This document shows, piece by piece, positions 59,948-64,000 of a DNA stretch of 64,000 bases (position 1 is the first letter of the stretch; every line of letters begins with the position of its first letter). This stretch comes from a virus. Made by a program: the position numbers and the translations under genes. The notes beneath the pieces are model-generated. The model had not been told where the DNA came from. It saw only the letters and a list, made by a program, of their open reading frames with translations, and did no database searches. Location: IMG/VR virus record IMGVR_UViG_3300027759_000048; one strand, 5' to 3'.

Positions 59948-61234
59948 ATGAAGACCATCAAGCAATTTCGTGAAGAATACGATAGTGAAATTTTGGCGAT
60001 TACTGCGCCAGATGAACTTATGCTTGAAGGTCGTGAAAACAGTGTGATCAAGGCTGCCGATAAAGCAGTACCATCACCAAGTGTTATGCCAACTATGCTT
60101 ATGTTTAGAAGAGTAGCATATAGACAGTATCCTGGTAAACAGGTTGTTGCTCTTTACTATTCTAAACTAGTCAATAAGTATCTATCTATACCTTTTGGTC
60201 CTGATGGTAATCTAAATCTAAGTGAAGCGGTTGTTCTTGACGAAGGAGCAATTCGTGACATTGCTACAAATGCCGCTGCTGGACACATAGTAGGAACAGT
60301 TGGTGGCTTGCCTGGCGCTATAGTAGGAACTGCCGTTGGTGCTGGTGTTGGTGCTTACAAGGCATACAAGAAATCAAAAGAGAAGAAAGACATGAAAGAA
60401 GATTGGTCTGATGCGAAATATAAGAACCCTGAAGGTGGTCTAACTAAAGCTGGTGTCATGAGATATCGTCGTGAGAATCCAGGTTCAAAGTTGCAGACTG
60501 CCGTTACTACTAAGCCTTCAAAGTTGAAGAAAGGTAGTAAAGCAGCCAATCGTCGTAAATCATTCTGTGCCCGTATGGGTGGAATGAAAAAGAGATTAAC
60601 CTCTGCTAAGACAGCAAGAGATCCAGATTCACGTATCAATAAAGCATTGCGTAAGTGGAACTGTGAGGAATCATTCAAAGCAAAACTCGCTGAGAAGAGA
60701 CAAGAAAGACTTGATGAGTTTGCACCTTTAGCCGCTGCAGGAGCTATGGGAAGAGCCGCACTTAGTGCAGTTGGTGGATGGGCTTTAGATAAAGTCAAAT
60801 CATTTGTTACAGGCGGATCAGGTCAAGGCGGTGCGGCAGGCGGTGATAGTTCTTCATCTAAATCACGCCGTGGTGAATTGTTAAGAGCAAAGCCTAACAC
60901 ACAAACACAGAGCACATGGAAAGCTGCTAGACCTGGTAATGAAACAACTCAATCCAGACAAAAGGCAGCACTAGAGAAACAACTTAGTGCTACACCTAAG
61001 AAACAAGTTGCTGAGAACAAGATTTCGGATATACAAAACATGCTCAATGAGGGTGATGAAACTATGGATCTTTCTATCAACGGAAGAACAGTTACCCTAA
61101 ATAATAGTATGGCAAAAAAGATTATAAGAGTTTATGAGTCCGTCAATACTAAGAACAAGAAGATTGTTGAAAGTATGCTAAACGAAGACCTCGACTCTTT
61201 CAAGAAACTACTAAACTTTTCAATAAAGGCATAA
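59948..61234 (+). CDS. Putative prohead core/internal polyprotein containing a DUF6321-like basic domain
   Basis: MKTIKQFREE start; KNPEGGL..G...ENPGSKL...RRKSFCARM...INKALRKWNC; several hydrophobic-x-E sites. Confidence 0.65.
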   Translation: MKTIKQFREEYDSEILAITAPDELMLEGRENSVIKAADKAVPSPSVMPTMLMFRRVAYRQYPGKQVVALYYSKLVNKYLSIPFGPDGNLNLSEAVVLDEGAIRDIATNAAAGHIVGTVGGLPGAIVGTAVGAGVGAYKAYKKSKEKKDMKEDWSDAKYKNPEGGLTKAGVMRYRRENPGSKLQTAVTTKPSKLKKGSKAANRRKSFCARMGGMKKRLTSAKTARDPDSRINKALRKWNCEESFKAKLAEKRQERLDEFAPLAAAGAMGRAALSAVGGWALDKVKSFVTGGSGQGGAAGGDSSSSKSRRGELLRAKPNTQTQSTWKAARPGNETTQSRQKAALEKQLSATPKKQVAENKISDIQNMLNEGDETMDLSINGRTVTLNNSMAKKIIRVYESVNTKNKKIVESMLNEDLDSFKKLLNFSIKA

Positions 61235-61237
61235 TCG

Positions 61238-61726
61238 ATGGCAACAGTATTAACAACTCAAACATTGGTCGATACCAATAGACATACAGTGATTAAGGTT
61301 GTTGGTGTCGGTGGCACTGATGCCAATGTATCTCTAGTTAAAGCAGCTAATTTAGCATACGCAATCAATGCTACAGGTCAGGTTAGTTCAACTAATCCTA
61401 AGCGTCTTAATAGAGTTGCTATCAAGCGTGTTTGGGGTCAAGGTCAAATGACTGCGGCTAAGGCAGTAACACTACAATGGGGTGGCAACTCCAATAGTGC
61501 TATCGTTACATTTGGTACAGGTTCATTTGATTATAACTTTGATTCCTCAAGCACCCAAGGAACAATTGAAATTCCCGATCAAGCAAACTGCACAGGCGAT
61601 ATTGTATTCTCCAGCACAGCAGGCGCTACAGATACCTGGACACTCTTTATTGATCTAAAGAAAGATGGTCGTGACTTTGATCAAGGTCAGGCCAGAGATC
61701 CTCTAGCTTTTAACAACGGATTGTAA
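61238..61726 (+). CDS. Hypothetical head-region protein
   Basis: Q.LVDTNRHTVIK...GDIVFSS...TLFIDLKK; AAGG RBS. Confidence 0.65.
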   Translation: MATVLTTQTLVDTNRHTVIKVVGVGGTDANVSLVKAANLAYAINATGQVSSTNPKRLNRVAIKRVWGQGQMTAAKAVTLQWGGNSNSAIVTFGTGSFDYNFDSSSTQGTIEIPDQANCTGDIVFSSTAGATDTWTLFIDLKKDGRDFDQGQARDPLAFNNGL

Positions 61727-61727
61727 T

Positions 61728-62483
61728 ATGTCAAGACAACTAATCGAATCCATCATTTCAAATAACATGCTTGAAGCCAATGATATGGTTGAAGCAAAAC
61801 TTGCTGAGATTAGAGAACGCAAGATTTACGAAATGAAGCGTATGTTTGCTGCCAAGATGCATGAAGGCGTTGGTGGTCTGACTAAAGCTGAGGTTGAAGC
61901 AAGAAGAAAAGCTGGCTATAAAAAAGCATCCGAAGTTCTTGGTGATCCTAGAAAAGAAATGACACCAATCGCAGGACATCGATTCAAGAAGATTAAAAAA
62001 AAAGTAGTTGAAGCTGTAGAAGTTCAACCTGATCCAGAAGGTAAAGTTAGAGGCGGATCTGGTAAAGTTCAAAAAGGTACTTTTAGAAGAAAAGCTGAGA
62101 CAGTTGCAATAAAAGCTGGAAGAAAGATAGGTGGTGCTGCCGGTGAGGTTATTAATCGTGTTAATGCAGCCAGACAATTTTGGAAACAGTATAAACAAGA
62201 AAGAGCATCAGCTAAACCGTCTGATGACGATTATAGAAAAGCTGCCGGTGCTGAACCAAGTCAGCCAAAAGCGACAACTAAGAGACCTGGAATGCTAAAA
62301 AGAAATATCAATACTTTCATGGGTCGTGAACCTGGTCATGTTGATGATAGAACGCCTGAAGAGAAGCTAAATCAAAAAGGCGGTCGTGTTGGTAAGGTAG
62401 CAAGAGCAGTTGCTGGTGCCGCCGGTCGTTCTGTTGGATCAGTTGTATCCGATCTTGAAAGTATCGGAACTAAACATTTATAA
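61728..62483 (+). CDS. gp67-like N-terminus fused to a basic region (putative internal head protein)
   Basis: LIESIISNNMLEA..MVEAKL...KI.EMK..FA; Lys/Arg-rich remainder. Confidence 0.6.
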   Translation: MSRQLIESIISNNMLEANDMVEAKLAEIRERKIYEMKRMFAAKMHEGVGGLTKAEVEARRKAGYKKASEVLGDPRKEMTPIAGHRFKKIKKKVVEAVEVQPDPEGKVRGGSGKVQKGTFRRKAETVAIKAGRKIGGAAGEVINRVNAARQFWKQYKQERASAKPSDDDYRKAAGAEPSQPKATTKRPGMLKRNINTFMGREPGHVDDRTPEEKLNQKGGRVGKVARAVAGAAGRSVGSVVSDLESIGTKHL

Positions 62484-62486
62484 ATA
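62479..62486 (+). promoter_or_regulatory. Late promoter TATAAATA upstream of gp21
   Basis: Exact consensus. Confidence 0.75.
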
Positions 62487-62504
62487 CACCTATAGGGTAA
62501 ACAA

Positions 62505-63152
62505 ATGAAACTTATTAGAGAAGAAATACAAGACGTTCAATACTTAGTAGAAGCCGATGGTAAAGGTGGCAAGAACCACTTTATCACTGGCATCTTCATG
62601 CAGGCTGAAAAGCAGAACCGTAACGGTCGTGTATATCCTATGAATGTGCTTTCAAAAGAAGCATCAAGATATAACACCGAGTATGTTGCTAAGAACAGAG
62701 CATTTGGTGAACTAGGTCATCCAGAGAATCCTCAAATCAATCTAGACAGAGTTTCGCATATGATCACCAAGTTATATGCTGATGGTACTAACTTTATTGG
62801 TAAAGCAAAGATTATGGATACTCCTAATGGTAAGATTGTTAAGAGCTTACTAGATGGTGGTGCAAGTCTTGGTGTGTCGACCAGAGGCGTAGGGTCTCTT
62901 CGTCCACACAATGGATATCAACAAGTCCAAGACGATTTCAAGTTGGCTACAGCGGCAGACATTGTAGCAGATCCAAGCGCACCAGACGCATTTGTGCAGG
63001 GCATTATGGAAGGCAAAGAGTGGGTTTTTGAGAATGGTAAGTGGAAAGAGCAAGAATATTATCATGCTAAGAAACTTATATCAGAAGCCTCAAAGAGTGA
63101 AATTGAGTCAGTGGCTCTACGAATTTTTGAAAATTACATTTCAAAACTTTGA
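62505..63152 (+). CDS. gp21: Prohead protease gp21
   Basis: GIFMQAE.QNRNGRVYP; GELGHP; GVSTRGVGS; DIVADPSAPDAFV. Confidence 0.97.
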   Translation: MKLIREEIQDVQYLVEADGKGGKNHFITGIFMQAEKQNRNGRVYPMNVLSKEASRYNTEYVAKNRAFGELGHPENPQINLDRVSHMITKLYADGTNFIGKAKIMDTPNGKIVKSLLDGGASLGVSTRGVGSLRPHNGYQQVQDDFKLATAADIVADPSAPDAFVQGIMEGKEWVFENGKWKEQEYYHAKKLISEASKSEIESVALRIFENYISKL

Positions 63153-63156
63153 AAAT

Positions 63157-63164
63157 ACTAAATA
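63157..63164 (+). promoter_or_regulatory. Late promoter variant ACTAAATA upstream of gp22
   Basis: Intergenic near-consensus. Confidence 0.65.
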
Positions 63165-63190
63165 AAGAAAGATAAAGGAGTATCTATCAA

Positions 63191-64000
63191 ATGGCATCAC
63201 TAACAGAAACAGCAAAGGCTGTTCTTGAAGGTAAAAGCAAGATCGAGGAAGGATATGGCATCAATTATCCATCAGTGGGTAATGGTTCTGTTTCTAACCC
63301 AAATCCTGTTGATCCTTCAACAGCATCAACAGCTAATGCTAAGACACTAAAACCAAAGTCAAAATCATCTGAAGCCGATCCAAAGCATAATGAAGCTAAG
63401 GACCTCGGTGGTCAGACACCTACTTCACTTCCATCTGGCAACCTTGGTGCTGCCGCTGCTGGTGGTGAGAAGAGAGACACCTCAATCAAGGGTTCTGGCG
63501 CAAATGCTGAACCTGCTAAGAAGCTATCTGCCGTCGCTGAAGAGATGGAAGATGACGGTGAGGTAGTTGAAGAGAATAGAGAACTTTCTCTCGCCGAACG
63601 TGTTAAGGCTCTTAAAGAAGCCCGTAAGCACAAGGCTGAAAAAGAAGAGGAAGACGAGAAAGAAGAGAAGCATGAAGGCAAAATGGAAAAGTGCGATGAA
63701 GACATCGAACTTTCCGAAGAGCTTGAAGACTTTATTCAAGAAGGCATCGAAGCCGGTCTTTCAGAAGAAGAAATTCTAGCTGCTATTGATGAGAACTTTG
63801 AATTTGTTTCAGAAGAAGCAGAAGAAGAGACAGTAGCAGAAGCCCTAGAGACCTATGAAGTCGATATGGCTGAACACGTTAATGCCCTTCTCGAAGGCGA
63901 AGACCTTTCAGAAGAGTTCCAAGCTAAAGCTACAACAATCTTTGAAGCTGCTGTTAAGGCAAAGCTAGAAGAGGAAGTTGCTCTACTAGAACAGGCTTAT
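63191..64000 (+). CDS. gp22: Prohead core scaffold gp22 (3'-truncated; absent from the ORF track)
   Basis: AAGGAG RBS, ATG 63191, open to the window end; acidic; LLEGEDLSEEFQAKATTIFEAAVKAK. Confidence 0.92.
   Translation, partial: MASLTETAKAVLEGKSKIEEGYGINYPSVGNGSVSNPNPVDPSTASTANAKTLKPKSKSSEADPKHNEAKDLGGQTPTSLPSGNLGAAAAGGEKRDTSIKGSGANAEPAKKLSAVAEEMEDDGEVVEENRELSLAERVKALKEARKHKAEKEEEDEKEEKHEGKMEKCDEDIELSEELEDFIQEGIEAGLSEEEILAAIDENFEFVSEEAEEETVAEALETYEVDMAEHVNALLEGEDLSEEFQAKATTIFEAAVKAKLEEEVALLEQAY

Overview
A 64-kb piece of the late (virion morphogenesis) region of a large T4-like myovirus. All credible genes are on the + strand, and the standard code is used. The order is: split gp5-like hub (starts before the window), gp25, gp6, gp7, gp8, VrlC-like protein, then a ~30-kb block (16.9-46.7 kb) of about 26 fiber, adaptor, adhesin and chaperone genes, two radical SAM genes, gp13, gp14, gp15, a gp9-like fiber, gp16, gp17, gp18, gp19, gp20, gp67-like and other prohead internal proteins, gp21 and gp22 (truncated). 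The layout resembles cyanophage or alphaproteobacterial T4-like phages more than coliphage T4; the host cannot be determined from this window. Main observations: (1) the fiber block looks like a hierarchical, branched receptor-binding assembly, with six paralogous N-terminal 'plug' modules matching six 'socket' modules and adaptors each followed by three tip genes; (2) the portal gene appears to start at a non-canonical ATT codon; (3) two SPASM/twitch radical SAM genes directly follow a tip-adhesin gene; (4) small-residue-Asn motifs appear enriched in exposed virion proteins; (5) a 25-bp direct repeat brackets one fiber gene; (6) a hairpin can hide a start codon and has a late promoter in its loop. 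All assignments come from reading motifs by eye; no database searches were run.
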